Below, piece after piece: positions 11,974-21,967 of a stretch of 64,000 bases of DNA (the first letter of the stretch is position 1; the number at the start of each line of letters is the position of its first letter). The translations under genes and the position numbers were made by a program. The DNA comes from Escherichia coli (lineage in GTDB: Bacteria; Pseudomonadota; Gammaproteobacteria; Enterobacterales; Enterobacteriaceae): the NCBI RefSeq assembly GCF_003334385.1, contig NZ_QOWN01000001.1, one strand, 5' to 3'. Below the pieces are notes generated by a model, which saw only the letters and a list, made by a program, of their open reading frames with translations, was not told the DNA's origin and searched no databases.

Positions 11974-12462
11974 TTACCAGTTGAAAGTGGGTAAACCCGG
12001 CAGGCATTCAGCGCTGGCATCCAGATGAATGAGACTGACGCCATAACGTCGGGTAAGTGTGACAACCAGACAACGGAACGTTTTTGACAGGCCCAGGCGC
12101 TTAAGCCGCAGAACCGGGTATGACCACGCATCGGTACGTAACAGATAGCCGCTGCCTGTAAAATGAATCCATTCTGATTCGCCGTCGTCATTAGTCTGGT
12201 GTGACAGCGAGTACAGCCAGGCGTTGTCCGTTTCCGTGATATGTGCGGTGCTGCAACGTATGCAGGTAAGGGTTGTTAACGGTGGTGGTGTACTGGTTGC
12301 GTGTTGGTCGGATTTATCGACCACGCGGAGTAAATAACCGTTTTCAGAGACCTTGTTAATCAGTTCACTGAGATTAACACCATCGACGTCAACGACAATG
12401 CGCCCCATGTTCAGTGCCTGCACGTTAACGCTGTCGGCTTCCAGCGTCAGGGCCAGTTTCAT
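11974..12462 (-). CDS. Hypothetical protein (YeeW/DUF5983-like) immediately downstream of the CbtA-family toxin
   Basis: 162-aa ORF whose start overlaps the toxin stop by 4 nt, suggesting translational coupling; family assignment tentative. Confidence 0.5.
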   Translation of the reverse strand: MKLALTLEADSVNVQALNMGRIVVDVDGVNLSELINKVSENGYLLRVVDKSDQHATSTPPPLTTLTCIRCSTAHITETDNAWLYSLSHQTNDDGESEWIHFTGSGYLLRTDAWSYPVLRLKRLGLSKTFRCLVVTLTRRYGVSLIHLDASAECLPGLPTFNW

Positions 12463-12836
12463 TGTTTTGCCTCCGGATGCTTGCCCTGGGTAATGTTATT
12501 TACCATTCTGTAATTGTTCCGGGTCATCAGGCCGGTTGCCCTGCGAGCCCGGAGAATATCAATGCTGTTGATTAACTGCGACGGGGCTCCTGCGCTGAAT
12601 CCCGGCTGGTCGGTACGTACCAGCGCGTATTTTTCAACGAGAAAGTTCACCGCGTCACACAGTGAAATCCCTGCCTCAATATGCTGCTCAATCACACGTT
12701 CATCAGCGAACGGTGTGTCATTCAGCGTGAGGCCATAGTGCTGGTCCAGCAGTCGGGTGAGCAGTGTCTGCCAGATGGTGACGGGAGACGGGCAGCCCGA
12801 TGCCTCCCGTACGTGAGTGTCGGGTAATGTATTCAT
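12459..12836 (-). CDS. CbtA/YeeV/YkfI-family toxin (type IV toxin-antitoxin system; cytoskeleton-targeting)
   Basis: Translation from MNTLPDTH... aligns by recall with CbtA (…[52 protein letters not shown]…). Confidence 0.85.
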   Translation of the reverse strand: MNTLPDTHVREASGCPSPVTIWQTLLTRLLDQHYGLTLNDTPFADERVIEQHIEAGISLCDAVNFLVEKYALVRTDQPGFSAGAPSQLINSIDILRARRATGLMTRNNYRMVNNITQGKHPEAKQ

Positions 12837-12882
12837 CTTAAGTTCTCTGTAACAGGTGGTGATAAAGGGGAGATATCCGGGG

Positions 12883-13260
12883 TTATACGGTGATTGCGGG
12901 CGCTGCCGGTGTCGGATAAACAGCCAGATAAACGTAACCACAACTGCCAAGGGTATCGGCTTCGCAGGTCAGCCCTTTCGCATACAGTGTGATGGTATGC
13001 TGATGGCGGGGATTCAGTTCACCGCTGGTGAGCATGAGTTCCAGTTGTTTCATCAGCAGCGGAAAGGCCTGGTCCAGGTGGTATGCATCCGCGTCGCTGA
13101 ACCGGCCTCTGATACCGGCACGGTCGGCAAGGTAATGCAACCGGTTACCCTCCTGCACCAGACGTGCCCCGAAACAGGGCGTCACGGTGCAGGGCAGCCC
13201 CCACCAGGGGCGGTCGTGATTGTCGTCGGGATGCGTTGTCCCGGGCAGTGTGTCTGACAC
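12883..13260 (-). CDS. CbeA/YeeU-family antitoxin
   Basis: Matches recalled CbeA ([47 protein letters not shown]…); the conserved N-terminus begins at a GTG codon (13,258-13,260). Confidence 0.85.
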   Translation of the reverse strand: MSDTLPGTTHPDDNHDRPWWGLPCTVTPCFGARLVQEGNRLHYLADRAGIRGRFSDADAYHLDQAFPLLMKQLELMLTSGELNPRHQHTITLYAKGLTCEADTLGSCGYVYLAVYPTPAAPAITV

Positions 13261-13338
13261 GATAAAGTCCTCACAGAAATCAGTTAAGAATGGTTCGATG
13301 GTGGCGATAATTCGGCTCATCAGAATGCCCTTCCTGAC

Positions 13339-13560
13339 TCAGTTCAGGGTGACGCTCATCAGCCGGACATACGGGCCAAAACTGTCTTTACGGCGTTCTG
13401 CAAACACAGCCAGCACACCGGGAATATCCTGCACTTCACGACCGGTATACGCTTCAGTGCTGCCGTGCCAGCGGTATTTGCCGGTACAGAACGGAAAAAG
13501 ACGGGATGCCGGATGTTGTTGGTGAATACGCATGGCTTCACCACGGGTGATGATTTTCAT
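13339..13560 (-). CDS. YeeT-like protein (DUF987)
   Basis: 73-aa ORF in the canonical position between the radC-like gene and the antitoxin. Confidence 0.7.
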   Translation of the reverse strand: MKIITRGEAMRIHQQHPASRLFPFCTGKYRWHGSTEAYTGREVQDIPGVLAVFAERRKDSFGPYVRLMSVTLN

Positions 13561-13628
13561 AGTGTGATACCTCTGAAGACAGAAGATAAAAGCGAAAACT
13601 GGTATGATGTGGTTGTAACGGTGACGGG

Positions 13629-14105
13629 TTAAAGCAGACCGTGTTCCGCAAAGGAGAAAACCTGGCTGCCACCGACTATCAGATGGTCCGGCACCCGGAT
13701 ATCCACCAGGCCCAGTGCCTGTACCAGACGTTCCGTGATAAGGCGGTCTGCCTTGCTGGGTGTGACTTCACCGGACGGGTGATTGTGTGCCAGCACCACA
13801 GCAGCGGCATTGTGATACAGGGCGCGTTTAATCACTTCCCGGGGATGGACTTCCGTGCGGTTGATGGTGCCGGTGAAGAGGGTTTCACCGGCAATCAGCT
13901 TATTCTGGTTGTTCAGATACAGCACCCGGAATTCTTCACGCTCCAGTCCCGCCATGTTCAGAATCAGCCATTCCCGTGCCGCACGGGTGGAGGTGAAGGC
14001 CACACCGGGTTCATGAAGATGGCGGTCCAGGGTTTTCAGGGCCCGCTGAATGAGGCTGCGCTCGCCGGGCGTCATCTCTCCTGGCAGAAAGGAAAGCTGT
14101 TGCAT
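13629..14105 (-). CDS. RadC-like JAB-domain protein (YeeS/YfjY family)
   Basis: 158 aa with JAMM motif region (…VLAHNHPSGEVTPSKAD…). Confidence 0.85.
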   Translation of the reverse strand: MQQLSFLPGEMTPGERSLIQRALKTLDRHLHEPGVAFTSTRAAREWLILNMAGLEREEFRVLYLNNQNKLIAGETLFTGTINRTEVHPREVIKRALYHNAAAVVLAHNHPSGEVTPSKADRLITERLVQALGLVDIRVPDHLIVGGSQVFSFAEHGLL

Positions 14106-14119
14106 TGTTCCAGCCCCTT

Positions 14120-14605
14120 TCAGTCAATGATGCGCATAATGGCGTTGCATTCCGGATGCTGCAGGGCGTAGTCCCGCAGACGGTAATAATGAACCGTCAT
14201 GGCATAACACTCCGTGCGACAGGCATGATGACTGTACGTCATCAGACAGGCAGCAATGCCGGCGGCTTCCGGGCTCATTTCAGCACGGTTACCGTTCATG
14301 GCATTGAACAGTACCCATGTCTCGTCATCATCGTCATCCGGTTCGGGTGCCATAAATGCCCCGCCGTTGTTCAGGGTGTACAGATTCCAGATACCACCGC
14401 AGTAGTCTTCGCAAAGATGGTCCATCCAGCCGAAGACACGGGGTTCCAGGGTCACCCACTGTGGAATGAGGCCAAAATGCTGCGGCCAGAAGCTGATGCG
14501 CTGTTCATGAGGAACGAGAGTGGCAACCAGTTGAGGCTGGTCATTCTCTGAAGCTGTGACTACGGAAGCAGAAAGTGTACAGGTGTTCTGAGAAACAGTT
14601 TTCAT
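14120..14605 (-). CDS. Antirestriction protein (YfjX/KlcA/ArdB-like)
   Basis: 161-aa acidic protein (DDDDDE stretch); conserved position upstream of the radC-like gene in CP4-57-type modules. Confidence 0.7.
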   Translation of the reverse strand: MKTVSQNTCTLSASVVTASENDQPQLVATLVPHEQRISFWPQHFGLIPQWVTLEPRVFGWMDHLCEDYCGGIWNLYTLNNGGAFMAPEPDDDDDETWVLFNAMNGNRAEMSPEAAGIAACLMTYSHHACRTECYAMTVHYYRLRDYALQHPECNAIMRIID

Positions 14606-14695
14606 GAGTGAAATCCTTATAAAACAAATAAATGCAGGGTTTTCGGGGAGCAGGGGGTAGGGGAGCCTGAATCACGTCTTCAGGGATGTGCTGCA

Positions 14696-15514
14696 TCAGC
14701 GCATGTTCTCCAGCAGCGTTTCTGTCATTACCCACAATGCGCGATTGAGCTTAATGTCCGTGTCGATGCTGTGAATGGCACGGGTGTGGATACGTTTTCC
14801 TTTAGCGCTGCGACCGGAAATCCCGCCTTTCAGCATATTCTCCTGGATGGTCTGATATGCGCTCCACAGGTCCTTACCGTAATCCTCCCGGCGTCGCGGC
14901 GTCAGAATGTCGGCGGTGGTGACGGGCTGATGTTCGTCACCATAACGGTAAGTCAGTGCCGCCTGTGCCAGCGCCTGGCGTGCCGGTGGCGGCAGAATCA
15001 GCGACTGCATGGCATCACGCTTTTCCTCAATCCGGTCAAACACGCCCACCACCTTGTAAGCCCCTTCAATGACTCTGTCCACCACATTTCCCCGGTGCGG
15101 AACACGCACTTCCCCCAGAGACTGACCACAGACGCATCCGTTCTGGCAGACGAACCTGAAGTAACCCGGCAGCATCTGGTAGCTGGAGGTACCGTCATGG
15201 GAGTTCAGCAGGATGATTTCAGGGACATGTTGTCCGTTTATCTCCCCGTCACGGCGCAGACGCAGCATGTGTTTGGTGTATCCCCGGCGGCCCGGGTCGC
15301 GCACACGGGTCTGGCAGGCGAAGAATGGCTGAAAACCTTCCCGCTGCAGGCTTTCCAGCACTGTGATGGTGGGGATCCAGGTATAGTTCTCGCTTCTGGA
15401 TGTGTGCTTATCTTCCCCGAATACGCTGGGGACGACCTGCATCAGTTCTTCACGAGTTAAGGGACGATCACGGCGTATCTGATTTACATGACCAAAACGA
15501 CTGGCTAATTGCAT
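14696..15514 (-). CDS. DUF932-domain protein (YafZ/YfjQ-like)
   Basis: 272 aa; length and context match the DUF932 island proteins (recall). Confidence 0.7.
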   Translation of the reverse strand: MQLASRFGHVNQIRRDRPLTREELMQVVPSVFGEDKHTSRSENYTWIPTITVLESLQREGFQPFFACQTRVRDPGRRGYTKHMLRLRRDGEINGQHVPEIILLNSHDGTSSYQMLPGYFRFVCQNGCVCGQSLGEVRVPHRGNVVDRVIEGAYKVVGVFDRIEEKRDAMQSLILPPPARQALAQAALTYRYGDEHQPVTTADILTPRRREDYGKDLWSAYQTIQENMLKGGISGRSAKGKRIHTRAIHSIDTDIKLNRALWVMTETLLENMR

Positions 15515-15603
15515 ACTTTGCTCCTTATGAATGAGTTAGCGGTATAAATGAAAAGGCCGCGTCTCCCGGAGAAGACGCGGCCTGATGGATGAAATGAAGA
15601 CGT

Positions 15604-15837
15604 TTATTGCCTGAGAATTCCCTCACTGGCGAGATATGGATTTAGCTGTTTTCCGGCATCAGGTTCAAAATTCCAGCACCGCCAGCGTAGCTGCCCTTCA
15701 GCATTGTGGATAACCAGCCGGAAATGCGTTCCCTGATCATCTTCAATAAGCACATTGCGGTAAGCTGTTGTGACAGCCATCGCCTGTTCGCGTGAGAAAG
15801 GGCCTTCGGGCAATAAAACAGGGTGACAGTCCGACAT
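15604..15837 (-). CDS. Small conserved island protein (DUF905-like)
   Basis: 77-aa ORF in conserved module context; family name tentative. Confidence 0.5.
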
Positions 15838-15842
15838 ACCGG

Positions 15843-16520
15843 CTATTTTCCGATAAATTCAACGCTGGCACCGGTGGCATTACCGTCAGCACCAACCGTG
15901 ACGGTCACTTTGTCGTACGCACGGTCTTCAGGATTGAACACTTCAAACTCAACCTTATTGCCTTTTACTTCGTAAGAGCCAAAATCAGCGGTTTCTGTTG
16001 TTTCCTCGTCATATTCCCGGGCGTATGCCTGCCGGGCAGCCTGCAGGACGGAATCTTTATTAATGGCGGGTGTCTGTTTCGGGGAAAAACCAGCAAGTGA
16101 TGTGACAAATTTCGGACAGACCTTCAGCATATCACCGCGGGTGAATTCCATTCGTACACCAAATGCCTGTAAAACGGACACATCACGCTCTGCTATGGAG
16201 TGAACGGCTTTTTTGACCATTTCCGGCGCCTGTCCGATTTCCACCTCAACAGCCCTGAATCCCGTCTGCTGATTACACATTTGTGATGTGGGGATCAGGT
16301 TACCGTTAATACTGATACGGCTGCCCAGGAGCGTCTGTACACCATTCGGGCATCCCTGCATCAGGCCGGTAATACCAATCGTGCCATTTTTCAGCATTAC
16401 CAGCGCCTGACCATCTTCCGTCATGGTCTGACACCAGCCGTTTTTGACAGCCCAGTTGCCGGCGGAGGCGGAGAATGATGCCACAGTGAATAGCAGGGGA
16501 AAAAGAGCTCTGGTATTCAT
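15843..16520 (-). CDS. Secreted hypothetical protein with signal peptide (YfjS-like position)
   Basis: ORF 15843..16625 trimmed to [21 protein letters not shown] (signal peptide); ATG confirmed at 16,518-16,520. Confidence 0.55.
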
Positions 16521-16667
16521 GACTGACCTCTGAAATGAACGTACGGTGTTATTGATAATGATGGAAGGTATGCAGTGACTGTTCAGGGAATGACGTAGCC
16601 GTATATTTAGTTTTCTGTTCAACATATTGTCTCCATACCTGTCGGGACGGCTTTGGCAGGCCGGCGA

Positions 16668-17348
16668 TCACAGGTTAAAGGTGTTGATAAGTTTATGGAT
16701 GAAAGAGAAATGTGGCAGGGCGGAGATAAAACGCTCTTCAGCGACCAGACTGTGGATGTGGCCTCTCCGTTCAAACCGTTCTGATGTCAGGCTGACTGAT
16801 TTGATATCTGCCAGAGGAAAGACCTGCAGTTTTCCCTTCTGTAACGCGATCAGATACCAGCTACCGCTGTAATAAATGAGCAGGCAGGGCTCCAGTGACG
16901 GATACCATCGCTCAGTCATCAGAGAGATGTGGATACACTGTCTTATTGCCAGGATGAGTTGCGAGAAACACTCGGGGAACGTTGCAGTGATATCCGGCGC
17001 CGGTAGCCAGATAAGGCAGGGAGAGGGCTCCTGGTTGTCGGTAAGACAGGTTATCAGTCGTCCGTTCCGGAGCGGAAGTATCCGTGCGATCCCGGTATTC
17101 TGTATAAAAGAAAGCATTTCAGGGATCGCACCTGGGCTGCTCTGTCGTCTGAGGCTGTACCTGCCATTTCTGTACTCTAAATCCAGGTGAACCAGACGCT
17201 GATGAAAATCGCGCTGTAAAGTACGTTCTGTAACGCCAAATTCATCTGACAGTGTTTTTAGTGACAGAGATTCTCCGGCCATCAGTCGGCTGATAATGAG
17301 TGATAAGCGAACCGCCAGGCGATCATGCCGGGAACGATTATCAGACAT
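16668..17348 (-). CDS. WYL-domain/DeoR-type transcriptional regulator (YfjR-like)
   Basis: 226 aa with N-terminal HTH (…LSLKTLSDEFGVTERTLQRDF…) followed by a WYL-like region. Confidence 0.7.
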   Translation of the reverse strand: MSDNRSRHDRLAVRLSLIISRLMAGESLSLKTLSDEFGVTERTLQRDFHQRLVHLDLEYRNGRYSLRRQSSPGAIPEMLSFIQNTGIARILPLRNGRLITCLTDNQEPSPCLIWLPAPDITATFPECFSQLILAIRQCIHISLMTERWYPSLEPCLLIYYSGSWYLIALQKGKLQVFPLADIKSVSLTSERFERRGHIHSLVAEERFISALPHFSFIHKLINTFNL

Positions 17349-17550
17349 AGATGTGCACTCCGTAAGAAAACATCTTTTATTTCATGATGTTATTATGCAT
17401 CATGATGTTGAAAGGATGTGTCGCATCCGGATAATCAGGAATAAAATGCAGCAGAAAAAATATTCTTTTAATTATCTGATTTTTAAGCATGATTTCATAA
17501 AAAGAAGAATGCTCGTTAATCCAGCGACACATCCTGTCGGCGTGAGTGTG

Positions 17551-18435
17551 TCAGAACAGACGCTCCCACAGTGTGATCAGCAGGTGGATAATGCGGTCCC
17601 GGGTTTTGCGCAGAAGCTGTAACATCCAGGCCGGAAAACTGAAACGGGCAACGGCGTCGTCAAAACTTTTCCCGATGGTTTCACCAAAAGTCTGTTGTGC
17701 GTGTTTCCGGGCCTGTTCAGAGCGGTTTTCTCCCCGGATATGTGAATACACCGCGCTGGTTGCCTGTGGTGGCAGTGCGTGGATCATCAGCGACACAAAC
17801 GCCGGAAGGTTCCAGCCGACAGGTGCAGCAACGGAGAGTACTGGAAATGATGAAGGGAACAGGGTTGCCACCCGGGCTGTCACCGTCGCCAGTGAGAGCG
17901 CCTGCTGACGGGACGGGCATTTTTCTGTGGCATTCCATTCTTCAGCAGGAAACACGCGATCGGCATGGCTGAGAACAAACAGAAAACGCGAGGGATCTGC
18001 GCCTTCATTCAGTAAAAACTGATGCATGGTAATGTCGGCGGCATACGCGCGTTCATCTGCCCGCAGGATCCAGATAATCAGATCCAGTTCCGGTAGCAGC
18101 TGACGATAAAGTGTCCGGTATTCCTGATCATGCTGCGGTGTTTCACCAATGCCGGGCAGATCGACCAGCGTCATTCTGCGTTCACCGAGTTGCAGGGTAA
18201 GACGATGAGCCTGGCGGGTGCAGCCGTTCAGGGGATGCGTGGCGCAGATACGGGACTGAAAAATGGCATTACACAGGCTGCTTTTGCCGGTGCCGGATTT
18301 ACCCATAATGCCAATCACGGGCTCGTAATGAATAACACTGTGGAGATGTTCAAGGATTTTCTGGCGAATTTCTTCAGGAAGAAACGTCAGATATGATTTC
18401 ACTTGTGCGGAGAGGGAAGAATGGCTGAATGACAT
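17551..18435 (-). CDS. 50S-ribosome-binding GTPase-family protein (YeeP/YkfA/YfjP-like)
   Basis: P-loop GIMGKSGTGKSSLCNAIF and DLPGIGE G3 motif; 294 aa. Confidence 0.85.
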   Translation of the reverse strand: MSFSHSSLSAQVKSYLTFLPEEIRQKILEHLHSVIHYEPVIGIMGKSGTGKSSLCNAIFQSRICATHPLNGCTRQAHRLTLQLGERRMTLVDLPGIGETPQHDQEYRTLYRQLLPELDLIIWILRADERAYAADITMHQFLLNEGADPSRFLFVLSHADRVFPAEEWNATEKCPSRQQALSLATVTARVATLFPSSFPVLSVAAPVGWNLPAFVSLMIHALPPQATSAVYSHIRGENRSEQARKHAQQTFGETIGKSFDDAVARFSFPAWMLQLLRKTRDRIIHLLITLWERLF

Positions 18436-18540
18436 ACCGGTATCCTGTTGATTTCACTGAACCGGATCACACTAATCCGGTTTATCATTCAGGTAATATG
18501 GGCGTGAAAAAATCTGGAGTGACAAAGTTCGGGAGGAGTG

Positions 18541-19491
18541 ATGGCATCACTGTCGATTAATACGCTACGCCGAATGAGCATTTGTAAAAGTCAGGCCTGG
18601 AAAGATACCCAGCGAATACTGAAGCGTAGTGGACTTGTGTACAGAGGGGAACGGTCAGAATCGTTTGATCCTGAGAAACATTTTAATCGTTATACGGTGC
18701 GTTATCTGTACCTGCTTAACATAATTGCGCTTAAGATAAGGTCGGTTAGTAAATTTTCCTGTTGGATCGAGGTGGGACAATGCCATCGTATGACTGGTAA
18801 ACATTTATCTCTTAATGCCCCGCCTTTTATGCTGATTCCGCGTAGTATCCGGAGAAAAGTGGATGGATTCAGACAGTCAAAAGGTGAAGCAACCCCAAAA
18901 TCGGCTCAACCGTTCACGGGCAGTTTGTATGAGGTTTTGAGCAAGGAGAGCGATTCAGCTAAGCTGGACGCATGGATTGCTGAACTGCCTCTGAACTTGC
19001 AGGAGGAGGGAAAGGAAATCTCAGTCATGGGATTTAGTCCACGGGCTGTGGCCCGACCTGTTCTTCGGTCAGCATCCCCGACGTTTGAACTGTTTTATCA
19101 GGAGTATCAATCCCTAAGATTAAAATCTGTTTTTAAATTTGAACCAAGATTTGAACAACTTTTAACAAGACTGAGCTTTAGAAAACAATCAATTCTCAGA
19201 AAACAACAATACAGGGTTAAATCGCAATTACTGGAGAGACTGGGGAATGTGTTGTTTTTCACGTCGCTTTATAACCAGGGATGTTTAGAGGAGTTTATAA
19301 ATGCACTTGTGGAAAAGGAGGACATTTATCTGAAAATGTCCCCTGGGGAGGAAAAGGTGAAAGCACACCAGAAAATGGTTAACTACATTGAAGCGTTCTG
19401 CAACAAAATGACGGAAAAATACCTGATGCCCGCAGCAAGCAGACACTACAAAAAGAAGAAAATCGCTAGGAGCGAAAGTGGTGAAAGTTAA
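18541..19491 (+). CDS. Hypothetical protein, AT-rich, no recognised domain
   Basis: Long ORF with GGAGG upstream of ATG 18,541; low GC relative to flanks; C-terminal two-thirds predicted helical and lysine-rich. Confidence 0.45.
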   Translation: MASLSINTLRRMSICKSQAWKDTQRILKRSGLVYRGERSESFDPEKHFNRYTVRYLYLLNIIALKIRSVSKFSCWIEVGQCHRMTGKHLSLNAPPFMLIPRSIRRKVDGFRQSKGEATPKSAQPFTGSLYEVLSKESDSAKLDAWIAELPLNLQEEGKEISVMGFSPRAVARPVLRSASPTFELFYQEYQSLRLKSVFKFEPRFEQLLTRLSFRKQSILRKQQYRVKSQLLERLGNVLFFTSLYNQGCLEEFINALVEKEDIYLKMSPGEEKVKAHQKMVNYIEAFCNKMTEKYLMPAASRHYKKKKIARSESGES

Positions 19492-20276
19492 TCCAGTCTA
19501 CCGTACAGAATCAGTTGTTCCAGAATAGCCTGCTGTGTTGTTTTCCGCTCTCTGGTCAGTCTGTCCAGAGCGCTTTTTGCGGATGGCGATATCTTTACGT
19601 TGATTTGTACCCGTTTATCTTTTTTTCCATCGATAAACTGTTTTCTGAATGCATTGTGCATCTTGTCGAAAAATCTTTCTTTTGCAGCGAATCCTAGGTG
19701 AAATTCTTTTGGCGTCAGTAAACAGGGTGTGTCTGTGGGGAATAACATTTTTAGTAAAACTACAATGGCAATATATCTTTCGTTATCATTTACAGGATTA
19801 AACCAGGAAAGATATGTGGGTGAGATACGTGCATCAATATATTCCCATGCCCATTTCAGTTGTTCGGTATTCTTTTTAAGCCATTTGGCTTCGTTTCTCT
19901 TTTCGAGTCCCAGCCAGTTTTGATGCATTATTGAGATAATCCGATCTGCTTCCCCATAAAGGATTAACGCATTAATCCATTTCCCTATAACATTCAGTCG
20001 TGTTTCATGACTTGAAGGAATAATTGTCATGGGGTTATCCTTCATAACGATCACCCCCTTCAAGGCAGAATTGAACTCAGATTCATTATTAAGTTTAAGT
20101 TTTTCGGGAACTGTATGAGACATAATTAACCAGAACCAGAATGCTGCAATTTCATTTTTTCTGATCCATTCAGGTATGTGATTATCTGCCAGATTATTAT
20201 CATTCAATAAATGCTCAGTTGTTTTATTTTTCCAGTCATATCTATTCACGTTATAACCGCCTTTATATTGTTTCAT
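19488..20276 (-). CDS. Hypothetical protein with C-terminal ribbon-helix-helix-like segment
   Basis: ORF 19488..20363 trimmed to ATG 20,274-20,276, which has a GAGG Shine-Dalgarno ~9 nt upstream; C-terminus (RVQINVKISPSAKSALDRLTRERKTTQQAILEQLILYG) has a strand-helix-helix pattern typical of Arc/CopG folds. Confidence 0.45.
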   Translation of the reverse strand: MKQYKGGYNVNRYDWKNKTTEHLLNDNNLADNHIPEWIRKNEIAAFWFWLIMSHTVPEKLKLNNESEFNSALKGVIVMKDNPMTIIPSSHETRLNVIGKWINALILYGEADRIISIMHQNWLGLEKRNEAKWLKKNTEQLKWAWEYIDARISPTYLSWFNPVNDNERYIAIVVLLKMLFPTDTPCLLTPKEFHLGFAAKERFFDKMHNAFRKQFIDGKKDKRVQINVKISPSAKSALDRLTRERKTTQQAILEQLILYGRLD

Positions 20277-20929
20277 CTGATTACGCCTCAATCGTTTTCT
20301 TTTCTGGTGATTTTCACCATCACATGTCAGTTGTATATGCAAGGGAATCAATAAAAATATCACCCTGCAAGCACTTCAAAGCTGATTATGGGGATATTCT
20401 AGAACTATTCACAAAACTATTCCAGACATATCAAGAACTATTTCTTGATCTATTCATAATAAAATAAAACATGCTATCAACTACGGATCATATCCTCCTT
20501 AGGTGTGTCGTTGTACTGTTCGACTGTTCTTGTGGTCAGATTAACAATCTGAAGAGTAAAAGCGACAGTAATCTGTCTGTTATAGTGGCGATAAAAACAC
20601 TGACTGCGCATCCTGTATGTGAAATCCTGTCATGTAGAGCAGTAAGCAATGACAGACATGCATGTTATATGTGAAGGGGCCGGGAGACGACATAATCAGT
20701 ATGGCTGTCATTCTGGTTGTAAAACGCGATCACTTTCCGGGGGTAAAAGATGATATGGAGGTTGACAAACGGTTTGCTTCGGATTGTCTTTTCTGGGGCC
20801 TGAAGTACGGGGGCAGAAAAATAATTCCAGAGTAAATCTGCTCTGTTTTTAGGACAGAAAACTCCATGCTGGCTGTAAAAGTGAAAAATTAACACCTAGT
20901 ATGTATGGAAGTCTGAAGATATTGAGAAT

Positions 20930-21080
20930 GTCGGTATGATACTATATACACATATTTTACTAAGTATTTTTACTAAGCATTTCAGTAAGTGTTATACACG
21001 TATTTTCTACTAAGTGTTTTACCAGACATACACGTGTTTTCATAAACAGCCCTATAAGTGTTTTCATTAAGCATTGCTGT
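20930..21080. repeat. Cluster of short direct repeats (ACTAAG / ACACGTRTTTTC motifs) in a long non-coding region
   Basis: tttactaagtattttTACTAAGcatttcagtaagtgtt…tctACTAAGtgtttt…acacgtgttttc…aagtgttttc; no ORF support. Confidence 0.4.
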
Positions 21081-21369
21081 ACACATTGCTTTGTCTGAAA
21101 CACATCCAGTTTAGTAAATCTTTACGTTAGCTAAAATCAGTTTAAAGCTGCTGTAAAACCTTTTTGTTTAAGCAATCAATCTGCTATTCGATTTTACTGA
21201 TGTTGCGTTTAACCTTTTCTGAGTTTTTGTGTTTTTAGTCGTTAACCTGAGACAAGTGTCTTTACGTAAAAACGCAAATCCGACTGAGATAACCTGGTGT
21301 GATTTACGGTGTGCTTGCGACGATTTTGTTAAATGGTTCTATGGATGATTTTGTGACGATGAGATTGAT

Positions 21370-21920
21370 AAGATGATTAACTGGCCCTGGTGTTTTTTCT
21401 CAGTGCAAGGTGATTATCTTTATCATAAGGCTCTTTTCAGAAAAAGCGTGATGATTGGTTCTGGTGTTTTGATTCAGATGAGATTTACGTTATCGATGGT
21501 TAATCGTTTTTATGGTGTGTTGAAAAGTAACGTTTTCAGGATAAGAAAATCGATTCTGATATTGGTGAACTTTGTTCTTGTGGCAGGGTTATCTGTAAAC
21601 AGGTTTTAAGTGCGCTATTCGGCTCTGTGATTGAGTTGTGTGGTTAAGCTGTAGGTTTTGGTGTTGTTGTTGATTTGCATTGCCAGGAAGCGTTCTGGTT
21701 GCGTTTCTGGTGTTTTGTTCGAATGTTCTGTGGATCCTTTTCCCTTCAGGCTTTTCTCGTCGTCCATGTCGTTTTTAAATCCATTCATGCTGTTGTTGCG
21801 TGTTTTGCTGCTGTGTGCAGGATTATCTTTTCGTTCCGGGATGGTTTGTTCCGTTTCAATCACTCTTAATCAGAGAGTTGTAGCATTGCTCAATGCCGGA
21901 TGCCGTAAAGTTTTACCGCG
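21370..21920 (+). other. Strongly GT-skewed ~550-bp non-coding stretch upstream of a Gp2-like gene (possible structured RNA or leader)
   Basis: Top strand is almost entirely G and T rich with few C; the ORFs called here on both strands have implausible low-complexity translations. Confidence 0.3.
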
Positions 21921-21967
21921 TTGATGAATGATGTGAAGTCAATCCAAATCAACGGAGATCTCTCATC

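Noticed and set aside
12856..13320. ORF 12856..13257 (+) and the extended 145-aa form of the antitoxin ORF
   Set aside because: The plus-strand ORF is antisense to the CbeA-like gene; the antitoxin's conserved sequence begins at the internal GTG, so the upstream extension is unlikely to be translated.
20930..21080. Possible CRISPR array suggested by short direct repeats
   Set aside because: The repeats are short (6-12 bp), irregularly spaced and imperfect, with no uniform repeat-spacer periodicity and no cas genes nearby.
21373..21924. ORFs 21373..21609, 21658..21924, 21675..21869 (+) and 21615..21863 (-)
   Set aside because: They are artefacts of extreme GT/CA compositional skew; the translations are low-complexity and the frames overlap one another. 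Treated as non-coding.
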